From assembly GCA_964016885.1 (NCBI GenBank), contig OZ024747.1, forward strand, positions 16,430,001 through 16,494,000: DNA of 64,000 nucleotides, written 5' to 3'. This DNA comes from Eledone cirrhosa (taxonomy: Eukaryota). Below the pieces are notes generated by a model that searched no databases, was not told the origin of the DNA, and worked only from the letters and a program-made list of their open reading frames with translations. A program made the position numbers and the translations under genes. Below, piece by piece: positions 28,788 through 41,872 of this stretch; within the stretch, counting starts at the first letter, position 1; every line of letters starts with the position of its first letter.

Positions 28788-29905
28788 GGTGAGTAAAATT
28801 CCCGAGATCCATGGACGAGTTCTCTCCAGCGATATCTGTCCCTCATTAGGTTAACTTTGCCTTTCATCCTTACGGGGTCGATAAAATAAAGTACCAGTAA
28901 TGGACTGGGGTAATTGCTGGCCTTGTGCCAAAAGTAGAAACAATTATTAGAAAGGGTGGTGGATTGGCAGTATCGGTAGAGGGTCGGACGCCATGCTTTC
29001 CAGCATAGTTACGTCCCTTTACGATCTGAGTTCAAATCCCGCCGAGGTTGACTTTGCCTTTCATCCTTACGGGGTCGATAAAATAAAGTACCAGTAATGC
29101 ACTGGGTATTTGCTGGCCTTGTGCCTAAAGTAGAAACAATTATTGCTGCCATCTCCTTTGTTTCCAACAGACCAGTGTCTGTCCTTAGGGCATCAACATA
29201 CATTAACCTTGGTCTTCCTCTTCCAGTGTGTCCATGTAGGGGCTCCCACTGGAGCACTGAGTGCAATGTCAACTCTGGATGTCGGTGAGCATGTCCAGCT
29301 AACCTAAGTCTCCTCTGTGTCACTTTTGGGCTGACTTTTGTGAGGCTCCAATACAGCTCTGAGTGTTCATCCTCAGTGTATACTGATTAATGTTCAGAGC
29401 CATCCTCAGCATTCTCGTATAGCACACATCCACCATCTGAGTGAGTTTCTTGGTCAGTGTCTAAGTCTCAGACCCGTACAGCAGCACATATTCCACTACA
29501 GCAATGAAGAGGCGGATATTTTATCATCGTAGTAGACTATTGTATGCGCGTTTCACTAGAGAAACACCAGGACTCTGGCTTTACTATAACACCGGCTGAG
29601 AGTTAAGACAAAAAAGATATCGGATGATGAATTTGCCGACGACAAAGTTTCGGTGACAAATACAGTGAAGGAGGCAGAGGATTTGATGTGGGGCTGAGAA
29701 TGAATGAGACTAAGACAAAATGTCTGGTAGAGCATGTTGAGAAGCTAGAGGGGATTACTAATGTAGGTGGGAATCCGCTGGAATTAGTTGAAGACTTCCT
29801 GTATTTGGGAGCAAAGATTGGAAATACGGAAGATGATGTTGTTGAGAGGAAGAGGAAAACCTGGGCGGCACAGCTTGACATCGTAGTAGAAGTCGGACCT
29901 TCGTG
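28788..29905 (-). mobile_element. RTE-like LINE with inverted 5' segment, interrupted by SINEs
   Basis: Minus 29520-29144 reads IRLFIAVVEYVLLYGSET...RLRLAGHAHRHPE...GRGRPRLMYVD...ETKEMAA and continues at 28846-28790 as LMRDRYRWRELV. Plus 29590-29905 reads LADD...GLRMNETKTK...VEDFLYLGAKI...KTWAA. Confidence 0.85.
28847..29143 (+). mobile_element. Partial plus full-length tRNA-derived SINE (full copy 28953-29143)
   Basis: A box TGGCAGTATCGG, B box GAGTTCAAATCCC, central domain and AAACAATTATT tail. Confidence 0.92.
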
Positions 29906-29924
29906 AAGACTTTAAGATACATAT

Positions 29925-30533
29925 AAATGGAAAAAATGAAACGAAATTTCATTTCTCACTCTTAGTACGACTGTTACTTAAATATAAGTCTGTATACGTA
30001 CATACATATATGTATACATACGTACAATAGTATGTATATATATATACGTACATGCACACATATATATGTACGTATGGTTCACCGAACATTTTATTATAAA
30101 GCTCGGTTTGTTTGAAAACAAACAACAAGCAGGAAGGTAAACATATATGTATACAGACGTACAATAGCATGTATATATATATATACATGCACACACATAT
30201 ATATATATATCTAGGTATGGGTTTGCCGAACATTTATTATAATGCTCGGTTTGTTTGAAAACAAACAAATAGCAGGAATGTATACGATGCTGACGATAGC
30301 TAATAAGCTTGAAACTAATACATCGTTGTCAGTGTTGAACGAAAGGGCAACGATGGTTGCGAAACACTGTACAGCTTAATTCGGGCTCTTTGTTTGTTTT
30401 CAAACAAACCGAGCATTATAATAAACAATAGGTGAACCCATACGTTCATATATATGTGTGTGCACGTATGTATATATATACATACTACTGTACGTCTGTA
30501 TACATATGTGTATGTACGTATACAAACTTATAT
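29925..30533 (+). mobile_element. Fold-back element with a central hammerhead (30284-30326)
   Basis: Left arm 29982-30124 (re-duplicated at 30142-30268) mirrors 30389-30533. The loop holds ACGATG-CTGACGA-TAGCT-AATA-AGCTT-GAAA-CTAA-TA-CATCGT. Confidence 0.8.
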
Positions 30534-30540
30534 ATATATA

Positions 30541-31130
30541 GGAAAATGTATGACCCCGACGGCGGAGCTCAAGCCAATTCGACTGCTATTTCTGGACTAA
30601 ATCAGAATTTTTAGCGTGGTAAATAAATAGCGGAACTTTTCAAGGGGTAATTCCTTATATGGAAAGTTGTAGTTGTCAAGAGGATTGGTCAAACATTGCT
30701 TGTAAACACAATTAAGTCTATCATGGCAGTGGGTGGAGGTGGTCAAGTGTTGAAAGTGAATTTTATACACCAAATTCTAGGGAATGTATGAAACTAGGCT
30801 GGAGGATGTAGACGAAAAAGTATTCTGGAGAAAATAGAGAAGGGACGTTAGATAATTAGGTAAATCAATTGAGTTTAGAAGATAATAAATAAATGAGAAA
30901 AAAATATATATATAAAATTGACCGACTCCACCCACTCCCTCATTGTTCTACAGGGAAGTTCAGCCACCACCACCTCCCACCCACTGCCATGATAGATTTA
31001 ATTGTGTTTACAAGAAATGTTGACCAATCCATTTGACAACTACAATCTTCCCATATAAGGAACTACACCTTGAAAAGTTCTGCTAAAAATTCTAAACATT
31101 CTAATTTAGTCCAGAAATAGCCGTCGAAAT
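30541..31130 (-). mobile_element. Fold-back PLE terminus with UUGAAAA-core hammerhead variant (30553-30648)
   Basis: Arms 30578-30743 / 30969-31128. Minus strand reads ACCCC-TTGAAAA-GTTCCGCTA...TAGCAGTC-GAAT-TGGC..GCCG-TC-GGGGT; the right arm keeps GAAA. Confidence 0.75.
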
Positions 31131-31139
31131 GTTAAAATC

Positions 31140-31400
31140 CTTAGATAGAGAAGATATTCTCTGGTTGCGGCCTGTTAGCCGCGTGACATGGATCTCTGCA
31201 AAGGCACTTAAACAATGGCACTTAGCTATGATAATCCCGAGTTTCAAGAAAAGTACACAGAAGAGATTGCTCCGGTTATAAAAGGATCTCTTTGTAAAAG
31301 GCTATGATTATTGTTTGGCAAAGAGATATAGGGTTATTATCGAATCCAATCTAGCAGACCGAATATTTGCACTGCGGCAGAAATTTGAAAAAAACGAGGG
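31140..31400 (+). mobile_element. RTE-type reverse transcriptase relic
   Basis: Reads WHLAMIIPSFKK... and DRIFALRQKFEK. Confidence 0.6.
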
Positions 31401-32256
31401 GCATTGTTTGTTTCAAGTAGTCTTTCTGTTTTCAGTTCAGTTTTACTGTCCCTATATAAATTAGTACATATCAGTATTGTCATTAAAGTTGTACTCATTA
31501 GAATCTGAGTCGATGTCTCTATCCCTTCGTTCTTTATGTATAGACGAAAATCAATAAATGTCTACTATTATACGAATCTATAGAAATTAGTTTCTTCTTA
31601 GTAGATTTACTTCAATTTAACTTAATTTGATTTAATTCATTATATACATGAGGAATGTAACAATATATTGTATGTAGGAAGGAGAACCAGTAATGCTTTG
31701 CGTAGGTTGCATAGATGATAACTCTCTCAGACCTAGAGTTGAGGCAGTTACTATTCAATCGTCGTAGAGGGATTCTGTTAAATCTATAGCATTGTGTCGT
31801 ATGAGTGTGTATATATAATATCTACCGCAAATCATCGATTAAAACCTTGTGCTGTCTTGTACCTACTGTTGAAATAGAAATTGTTTTCCTTTTAGAATTG
31901 CTGTTCCAGTTTTCATTTAATACTTAACACATATTTAAAACTGATTCTTGTATTTAAATTTCGGGCATATTATTACCTTATACGCTATATGTCATTATTT
32001 TCTTTACATTAGATGTGTGTGTTTGTGACACCTACCGCACACGTATTGTTACATATCCTACTCTCAATTGGGGTGAATTAGTTATATGGAAAATATTTAC
32101 CTGTTATTCTCATTAAGCGTTGATCGACGCTGGATGAAGTATAATGCAGGGAAACATAAGTTTATATAATCATATCATACTCCTTGAAAGGTTAGTGTTG
32201 GTGAGAGGTACTTGGAACTTATTATCATAAGTGCATATGTCTGTATCACTCTAACG

Positions 32257-32302
<46 letters not shown>

Positions 32303-32314
32303 TTTGTGAATTTG

Positions 32315-32394
<80 letters not shown>

Positions 32395-32942
32395 GTATTT
32401 GCGAGTTTGGACTAATTTTATTCTTAACATAGCCTTTGTCAAAATACGAAACATATTTTTCCTGACCCCTAGGACATGAGTAAAGTACTTTCTACTTTCC
32501 ATGTAATTTAAACAAGTTAAATGACAGGAGGCAACAATTTGGCATCATATAAATAAATATATATTGGCAGAATTCAAGACCATAAACTATAGGTCATCGG
32601 CATCGTAGCTGTAAAACGTACGTGTGATGCTTTGCTACTGATAAAACATTTATAAGGTGTCTAATTACTTTACACTTAACGTTTTCGCTACTCAATATTG
32701 TATTATTTTATCGTCGCTTATGTCGTTATTAATTAAGTCTGTTTTGCTTTTATTTTCTCTACTAATATCAAAATATATCGCATTGCCGCATTTTCGTTCA
32801 CTCTAGGGTTTGAAAGTGAGAAAGCCAGGGAGATGGGTAATTATGTTGGATACTTTCCTCACGGTAATCTGAGTTCAAATTTAGAGACAATTCAGAGAGA
32901 CTGGGCTGAATGAAATGTCTCTCTTGTAAGACGTGAATATAC

Positions 32943-33123
32943 TTGTTTCTACTTTAGGCACAAAGCCAGCAATTACCTAGTGCATTACTGGTACTTTATT
33001 TTATCGACCCCGTAAGGATGAAAGGCAAAGTCAACCTCGGCGGGATTTGAACTCAGATCGTAAAGGGACGTAACTATGCTTGAAAGCATGGCGTCAGACC
33101 CTCTACCGATACTGCCAATCCAC
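32943..33123 (-). mobile_element. tRNA-derived SINE
   Basis: Near-identical to the reverse complement of 28953-29143. Confidence 0.92.
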
Positions 33124-33614
33124 TGAACTGTTGATTATATTCTCATTTATTTAAAAATCTAGCAGAGTGAAAAAACGTTATTTTACGGTAGTAATATCCT
33201 TTAGTAATATTTTTATGTGAGAAAATATTTACGAAACATATATGGACATAACAGTTGTAGGTAGGAAATAACTTTTAGGACTCTCTGCATCCTGAGTTCA
33301 AGTCACAGTATAGGCATCTTTATATATACTCATACACTGATCGATAAAAAGAGGCTTCATTTATAAATGTTGTCTCTGGAAAGAACCATAAGGCATTAGT
33401 GCAAACGCTGGCAATTTGCCAAACTTAAGAGTAATCAATAGTCTGCCGAAGCCTATGACGTTAAGACATGTCATTATAGATTAACTCGTCTCTGTATAAT
33501 AAATATTTATTTTTTTGGAGCTACTTTCATTGCAGACAAATGGTCACACTCACACGCACCACACACATACACACACACACACATTCGCACACACACATAC
33601 AGGCACACACACAT

Positions 33615-33667
<53 letters not shown>

Positions 33668-34580
33668 TATGTATGAATATATGGCAGTGCTTATTGGTTT
33701 TAGTTTACTATTTTATATATATCATACTATAGCCTATCACTAACCATGTGAGAGATATACTTGTCATACTTAAAGTTATGTGTACTTTAATTCTGACCTC
33801 GTCACACCTAAAAGGGCATCAGGTGTTACAGTATTGTAGTTCTACAATATTTACCGAGTGCCATATCTCATTTCTGTACTTCTTCATCATATCATTGACA
33901 CTATTTCTTTTTATTTCTATACATTATAAGATGAGTCATAATTACATCTGAATACCAGAAACAAATAAAAGCTGTTTCTATTGAAATTGGCTGGGTCCGC
34001 ACTGAAATTGACAATGCGCAATAAAATTATGTATGGATATATTGTTGGTATAAAAATTAGTTCGTGACACAAGAAAATGAGTTTTGAAATATAAGCTTAA
34101 GTAGCCTGATTATTCTAGAATTTCATCGAATGATAGAAAAGAAGAAAAAAAGGCACAAGGAAATAATGTAAAAATACAGACAAATCATTAAATAGAAGAT
34201 TGTAATTTAGGTCAATAGAATGAAATAGATAAAACGAAAGAGCTCACACTTATTGAATTACTTTTCTATGTGGGGCAACTGTCATTTCTATTCAGCAAAG
34301 ACTTCAACTTTGGTGAGGGGGTTTAATCGATTAAATCTACTACAGTACTTGACTGGCATTTAATCGACCTTTCAAAAGGATGAAAGACATAATCGAACTT
34401 GTCGTAAATATTATATAAGAAAATTAGGATACGAAATTAGATATTGCAAAATATTTTGCCGTGTGCTTTAATAATTTAGCACAACCACTGCTTTGCAATC
34501 AGCATTGGAAATCGACAAGAGGGACAACACTGTTACAAGCTACAATTAATATTACTTGTATATGTGTAACTTGTATAACA

Positions 34581-34650
<70 letters not shown>

Positions 34651-34654
34651 GCTA

Positions 34655-35160
34655 CTACTACATGTAGCATTGGCGTCGGAATGAAATTTGGGATGTTCAA
34701 CTTGAAAATATAGATGAAATTACCCTGTAGTGGATTACAACTGCCATCATGAGAAATCATGAAAGAACTAGAAGATGATGGCTAAATATATAGGGATCTC
34801 TGAGTTAGTTGATGTTTTTAATAGGCTATACACGAAATATATAGGGATCTTTGAGCTAGTTGATGTTTATAATAGGCTATACACGAAGGGGGGAAAGAAT
34901 GGTGGCAGATACCTCATCAGTGTGAATCACCGTGTAAGGAGTGAAAGTAAAACGCTTGCAGAATATTTGGTAAAAATTAACGAAGATTTGTTGCAATATG
35001 CAGCAGAAGATATGGAATAAATGCAAAGAAATGGTTGAAAAGGATATGTATAGCCAAAGAGCTGAGGAATGAGTATGTATGTTAAATTTGAAACAAATAC
35101 ATATGTTATCAGGAACAAAACAACATCGTGGACATGGCTCGAACAAAGTGATTTGAAACG
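34655..35160 (+). mobile_element. Degenerate RLE-type (R4/Dong-like) LINE relic following (TAC)n
   Basis: Reads DV.NRLYTKGGKNGGRYLI...LAEYL and TWLEQSDLK; 45-bp tandem duplication at 34785-34885. Confidence 0.55.
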
Positions 35161-35167
35161 TAATATG

Positions 35168-35773
35168 CCTTGAAATTTCGGGAAAATCGGCTAGACGTAA
35201 CGCATCAAAAAAGCCCTAAAAAGCTGAAAAAATGAAGTTTTTTACCTAATGCGGGCCCTAAGCCATAAAAAAGTTTGATTTGCTTTGCTCACGGTATGAA
35301 GAAGAGACTGACTAATACATAGTTACAATTTCAAGGAAATAACACCTCAAAAAACCCCTAAAATGTTGAATTTGTTTACTCCCCGAAACATAATACACAT
35401 GTAAAGCTTGAAAAAAATCGGTTGGGTACTTCTTGAGTTCTAGGGATTCAAACTCACAGACACACACACACACAGACAGACATCCCCAGGGAAGTGACGT
35501 AATGCAGACAGCCAGACATACAGATAGATATTATAAGGGCGCGACTTTATATATATCTATCTATCTAAAAAGAGAAAGACTAAGAATTATAGAGAGAGAT
35601 CGCTCAATCGCCTAATGCGGTCCCTAGGCCTTGACAATTTGAAATCCTTTTGCTCAGAAGACTCCCTGAAACAAAAGTAGTACATGTGTAAAGTTTGAAA
35701 ACAGTTGGTTTGGTGCTTCTCGAGTTTTAGGGAATCAAACTCACACACACACACAGACAGACATCCTCAGTTT

Positions 35774-35804
<31 letters not shown>

Positions 35805-35812
35805 TATAGATA
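35168..35812 (+). mobile_element. Two tandem copies of a non-autonomous Helitron-like repeat
   Basis: Repeated CCTAATGCGG.CCCTA.GCC ... CATGT..AAAG.TTGAAAA..GGTT.GGT.CTTCT.GAGTT.TAGGGA.TCAAACTCACA..CAGACAGACATCC ... TTTATATATAT. The repetition is seen directly; the class assignment is by resemblance only. Confidence 0.45.
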
Positions 35813-36137
35813 TAGAATTAATTGTTGTTGTGATGACAGGGCGTCATATACATAAAAGAAGAGAATATTCAACGTAGACTAATTAAGGACAGTATCGAAA
35901 GACGAACAGAAAAAAAAATGTTGTACTTTGCAAACTATGCTCAGATATTAATTGAACTATCACAGTAATTGGACAAGTGAAACAATATGAGAGCTTGTAG
36001 TGTACCTACTACTACTCCAGCTACTCTGACAACAACAACAACAACCACAACCACCACAACTACTATTACTACTACTACTACCTACTGCTGCTGCTACTGC
36101 TGATGCTGCTGCTACTACCACCACCACCACCACCACC

Positions 36138-36207
<70 letters not shown>

Positions 36208-36603
36208 TTGTTTTGTCGCTGTATGGCAAATAAATGAGATCATTATTTTGGTTATGTTAGTATTAGTGGTAAAGTTTGTGTAGTATGTTTCGTTTTGTTC
36301 TTGGTACATTTGCCTTTTTATGCTCCCATATATATATATATATATATGTGTGTGTAACATGCGCTATACGTCATTTTGTAATGTTGTATTCAATATCTGT
36401 AGAAATTGCATTGCTTTCTGTTTGACATTCAGTATCTTCGCCAAAATGTAGTAGTAGTAGTAATAGTAGCAGCAGCAGCAGCAGTGGTAGTAGTAGTAGT
36501 AGTTGTAGTATTAGTTGGTGTTGTTGCTGTTGTTGTATTGGTGTAGGTGGTTTTTATGATGATGCACTTTAATTGATGTAATTGTAATATTAGTAGTAGT
36601 AGT

Positions 36604-36665
<62 letters not shown>

Positions 36666-37086
36666 CAGTAGTAGTAGTAGAAGCAATAGTAGTAAGATAT
36701 TTTGTTTTCTATACAAGTTGCTTTGTATTGTGTTAGAATACTGAATCACCCGAAGACCCTCTTGCAAATTCTTGAATAGTGACAATTATGTTCATTGTAG
36801 AAAAATGAAATAAAAACTAAGATGTCCTTCAGATATGTCAAAACCTTCAATGGTTAATAGAAGTTCTGCTTTTTGAGACACACTGTAACAAGAATAAGAT
36901 TTAATGAAGCAAGAAAACAGGCGTACTCAACGATAACAATACTCGAAAACAATTTTACTACTACGGATGATCGGCATACGATACTTTTTGTTCAGTGTGA
37001 TTGTTGCAATCGTCTAAAATGATTTATGACCTCAATATCTATACATATGTAAGTATGAATATATGTATGCACGCACAGATACACTC

Positions 37087-37161
<75 letters not shown>

Positions 37162-37332
37162 TCCCTCTCTCTCTATCTCGTTTTCTCTCTCTGTACATAC
37201 ATATATATATATATATAAAACATGAGAAGAAAGAAGAATACTGCGTGGTTGCACATGGGTTACATATGATAAAAATAGTCCTTCGTCAGTGATTTTCCAA
37301 CCATCATTGGTATTCCATCGCATTAAAAAAAA

Positions 37333-37454
<122 letters not shown>

Positions 37455-37600
37455 TAGGTATAGGATTCTACAAAACACTCTCTCCTACTTCTCCAACCCC
37501 TGCATATCTTTCTCTCCCTCTCCCCTACTCTCTTCCTTTTCTACTCTATCTTCCCCAACAACCACATATAAGGGTATTTACATTGTACATTTTACCATTC

Positions 37601-37712
37601 TGCTCTGAGGATACAGTGGTCACAGCATTGGATATTTGAGTTCTGAAAATACTTGTAAATTTGCACATAGCATAACTAGGCTGTAGTACCACCGTGGAAA
37701 CATTTGTAAGCA
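37601..37712 (+). ncRNA. Type I hammerhead ribozyme with an ~85-nt stem II, in a PLE pLTR fragment (37451-37762) between (TA)n tracts
   Basis: TGCT-CTGAGGA-TACAGTGGT-CACAGC...GCTGTAGT-ACCACCGTG-GAAA-CATTTG-TA-AGCA; stem I extends ATTC/GAAT past a bulge. Confidence 0.85.
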
Positions 37713-37762
37713 CACGGAATAAATTACCTTTTTATGATGTCTACCTGTTATTATTCATTCTT

Positions 37763-37811
<49 letters not shown>

Positions 37812-37956
37812 ATGTCTGGACGCGTGCGTGTGCTTACGAAAGAGACATTGAGAGCTAAAGAGGGGGAATTAAATCATGTGAAAAAGTTCTAAAACAGGGA
37901 ATGTGATTTAAAGGAATAATGAAACATATGAAGGTTAGAAGTTATGAATCTATGAT

Positions 37957-38268
37957 GTGTCATTCCGTAGAGGGGCAGAGCCAAATATATACATACACAC
38001 ACGGAAATATATATATATACACATATATATATATGTGTGTGTGTGTGTGAGTGTATGTATATATTTGGCTCTGGTCTCTTACGATTTGAACTCATATATC
38101 TATATATCTGTGTTCGTTTTTCTTTTATATTCAATTATAATATACGGCTCGGAAATATCTCTTTCTTAGAGCTATTTTGTTGTAAGAGACTATTTGGAGT
38201 ATATACATATATGAGTTCAAATAAGTACAAACCGGAATCTGGTCCCTTACGATTTGAACTCATATATG

Positions 38269-38275
<7 letters not shown>
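37957..38275 (+). repeat. Nested small fold-backs with a bulged hairpin at 38147-38174
   Basis: Inverted pairs ~37967-38000 / 38051-38083 and 38203-38222 / 38252-38271; direct repeat TCTGGTC.CTTACGATTTGAACTCATATAT. Confidence 0.7.
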
Positions 38276-38326
<51 letters not shown>

Positions 38327-39043
38327 CACTTTTGTTTTTACAAAATATTGGAAAAATACTACTCAATATAAAATTAGAATTAATTATATATTTATTATAT
38401 TACTGAGTCTACCTTGTTGATTGTCTGGGTTTTGCAGATTGTCGAACTTGCGAGTGATTATTAGATAAGCCTTGTACATATCTTCCCTTTGCTAAGAAAA
38501 CCTGCCAGCCACTAATGTTTCTTATCATAATAACCACAGCTTATACTAATCATATAGAAGTCAATCCCAGCTGCTCGATCAGTGGAAATCTGCAACCTGT
38601 TTTGGTATTTCGTTTGTTATGCTTTTTACTCAATTTATTCTTAAATTTAGTAACGATAAATATGTATTTTTCATTAAGGTTATAATATCTATTTATTTTT
38701 CAGCAGCTTAATTTTATTTGCAGTGTTTATTCGGTTACTTATCAAATACGTTAGTGCTAATTGTCACATGAAGATATATGCAGTAGTAAACATTAATAGA
38801 ACTGAATGCGCAGGAAAAGGTTACACATATTGATACCAACACACCTCAAACCACCTTTGTTTCTATGAAATTATTACAAATATTTTTAAAGGTTTCTATT
38901 TAACTTCAAACTTGCAAAATACATTTACTTAAACACATTTTCGAATATTGCAAATGTCATCACTTTTTTCATTATATATCTAAAATACCATATATTTAGT
39001 TAAAAATTTGTTAACGAAAATTATAGAACACATTAACACTCAC

Positions 39044-39301
39044 CGTTACCATAAATATATTCCAAACAAAATAACCAGGTCGCCGCGCTGCCCGACATTT
39101 TACAGACAGGGCCGACCGACGGACAGTTGCATCTGCTTGGTCTATGGCCAGTTCTTTTTTCTCAGTTTCCGTGTGCATATAGAGATGCCATTCCTGTTCA
39201 TCTACAAACGACTGTCGATTGACTACATGATGTTCATCTATGTCTTCAATCAATTCAACTTCATATGAGGGAAGCTCTGAGGCTACAGTCACAGTGAGAT
39301 C
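39044..39301 (-). CDS. Exon (86 codons) of the same channel; end of extracellular domain and start of M1
   Basis: Reads DLTVTVASELPSYEVELIED...EQEWHLY...SVKCRAARRPGYFVWNIFMVT. Acceptor ttctttcag, donor gtgagt; 258 bp, phase 0/0; continues FPFDVQ in frame. Confidence 0.93.
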
Positions 39302-39489
39302 CTGAAAGAATTCCGAAAATATAAAACATCAATAAGCAACTAAATTTCAATCTAAAACAAAACCTGGCATGAAATTATACAGATATGAATGCACTTATGC
39401 CAAGACACACCAACTTCTGTCTCTTAATATGTCACTTTCCCCCTCTGTATACATACACACACACACAGACATATATATATATATAGATT

Positions 39490-39931
39490 CATTCGGTCTC
39501 CTAGTTAGAATGTTAGTCTACGACTTCTGCTATACCATTTACGTGGTTTTGTCTTTGCACGCTATTGTTCTCCACGCTCCACATATGACTTATTATCTTC
39601 GTTTTTTCGTTCATTGCCAGAGCACGTCTCTATGCACCACTTAGAGAACATTAGTCTACGACCTCTTTTATACCATAAACGTGGTTCTGTCCTTGCACGT
39701 AATTGTTTTTCACCGCTCCTATTAATGACGTATTATTCGTTTTTTTTTCCCGTTCTTTGCCAGCGAACGTCACCATGAACCAAAGTATCGTCTTCCTGTC
39801 TTCCTCCGGTTGCAACGTTTTTTGAAATATCCAGTTCTGCGTTTACAGATTGACTTTGTTAGTTTCAGAAGATCCCGTTAAGGGTGAAAGCAGCGATTCT
39901 TTGCTTAAACTTTAATCTGTTATTTTAATAA

Positions 39932-39935
<4 letters not shown>
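39490..39935 (+). mobile_element. pLTR-like fragment with a ~135-bp tandem duplication and a CAGAAGA-core hammerhead variant (39861-39911)
   Basis: AGTTT-CAGAAGA-TCCC-GTTAA-GGGT-GAAA-GCA-GCGATTCTT-TGC-TT-AAACT; a second copy lies at 44108-44180. Confidence 0.7.
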
Positions 39936-40029
<94 letters not shown>

Positions 40030-41137
40030 GGGGGAGATAGAGAGATAGTTGTATATATATATATATAATTGTTGTTGGATGCTTAAAGCGTCCGTATGCG
40101 GTAGCCCGTATACGCACTCGATGCCCTCGTAGAGCAGAGTATGATATCACTTGTTTCTGTGATACATATATGTTGTTGTGGTTATGGACTAATGCTACAT
40201 ACACCTGGTTGATATATTTTTCATCGCGTCTCCGTTGTATAAATTACTTTGTTTTCTCTGGTGGATAAATGTATTCACTTCTCGCATCATAAAGTGTTTG
40301 GGACTGCCTCATATTATTCGACTGGTACCTGCCTTAATGCATATGAACACTGCAAAACGTAATGCACATATCTATGGGCTCTAGAAATCTTAACTGTCTA
40401 GGTGAGAAATTCATTTCCGTGTGATATTCATCTGTATTATTATTATATACTCTGGTTGCAAAACATTTAGTCGATATATTTTGCGAATATCTTATACACT
40501 CAATAAATATACCATTGCAGCTGAAAGCTCTGAATCACAAGATATTGTTTCTCCGTCCTTATTAATGACACTGTCACGCACAATTTATCTTGAGCCTCTT
40601 TAAAACAATTTAAACTTATAGTATTTCCAAATAGATAAAGATGTATTAAATGGAAAGAGTCATTCACTTCCATTAGTTTAATTGCCCTTCTTATAATAGT
40701 TCTATTCCATTTTCTATTCATGTAATACATTGAACATATATTTTATAGCTAAGTTACGTGGCGATGCATTAACCCGATAATATATCACGGTTCTAACCAT
40801 TATAGCATCTCAACTAAAGAAAATAGTATTTAGAAGAAACGATAATGAGCAATAAACTAAAACATGTGATTTTATTATAGTTTCATATTTGTCCATTACT
40901 TCAACAATTTGTATGCATATTTAATATTTGATATTCTAGTTATTAGATATATCTATTGCAACAAGTAGATCCACACAATTTTCTAGAACGCTTTCGAAAT
41001 TAAACCTGCTGAAGCCACTTCTGTGTATACGCTCCAAAGCTTTTAAATTAAAATGATTATATTTATCTATTCCCTTACAAATGTTTATAACAAGGTCTAC
41101 GCTATTTTTCGAAGGCCAATTTAATATTTTTTTCCAC

Positions 41138-41872
41138 TTTTGGCACAAGGCCAGCAATTATACAGTACATTACTGGTACTTTATTTTATCGATCCCGTAA
41201 GGATGAAATGCAAAGTTAACCTCGGCGGGATTTGAATTCAAACCGTAAAGGGACGTAGCCCTCTGTCGGAAAGCATGGTGCCAGACCCTCTACCAATACT
41301 GCTAATCCACCGCCAAGTTAATAATTGTTTCTACTGTTGGCACAAGGCCAACAATTATGCCAGTGTATTACTGGTACTTTATTTTATCGACCCTGTAAGG
41401 ATAAAAGGCAAAGTTAACCCCGGCGGGATTTGAACTCAGATCATAAAGGGACCAAGTTAATAATTGTTTCTACTTTAGGCACAAGGCCAGCAACTACCCA
41501 GTGCCTCACTGGTACTTTATTTTATCGACTCCGTAAGGATGAAAGGCAAAGTCAACCTCGGCGGGATTTGAACTCAGATCGTAAAGGGACGTAACTATGC
41601 TAGAAAGCATGGCGTCCGACCCTCTACCGATACTACCAATCCACCGAGTTAATAATGATTTCTGATCTAGTCACAAGGCCTATCATTTTTGGGGAAGGTG
41701 ACAATTGATTAAACCACCTCCAGTACATTAGTGGTGCTTTATTCTCTCGACCCCGTAAGAATGAAAGGCAAAGCTAACCACGTTGGGATTTAAACTCAGA
41801 ACGTAAAGGCCCGTAATATGCCTCGAAGTATAGTGTCCGACGCTCTACCGATTCTGCCATTCCACGTCCCTT
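41138..41872 (-). mobile_element. Head-to-tail cluster of four tRNA-derived SINEs
   Basis: Copies at about 41138-41312, 41318-41452 (truncated), 41457-41645 and 41650-41872 (diverged, longer tail). Confidence 0.9.

Noticed and set aside
28953-29045. tRNA gene
   Set aside because: A and B boxes are present but belong to a multi-copy SINE head with no cloverleaf 3' end.
40081-40146. Twister-ribozyme resemblance on the strand opposite the bulged hairpin (TAA...CGGTAGCCCG...GCAGAGT)
   Set aside because: The central twister motif is not conserved in the homologous copies (43904-43980, 21049-21126), and G.U pairs favour the other strand.
41138-41872. CRISPR-like or satellite array
   Set aside because: Units are ~180-bp SINE copies without unique spacers, in a eukaryotic intron.
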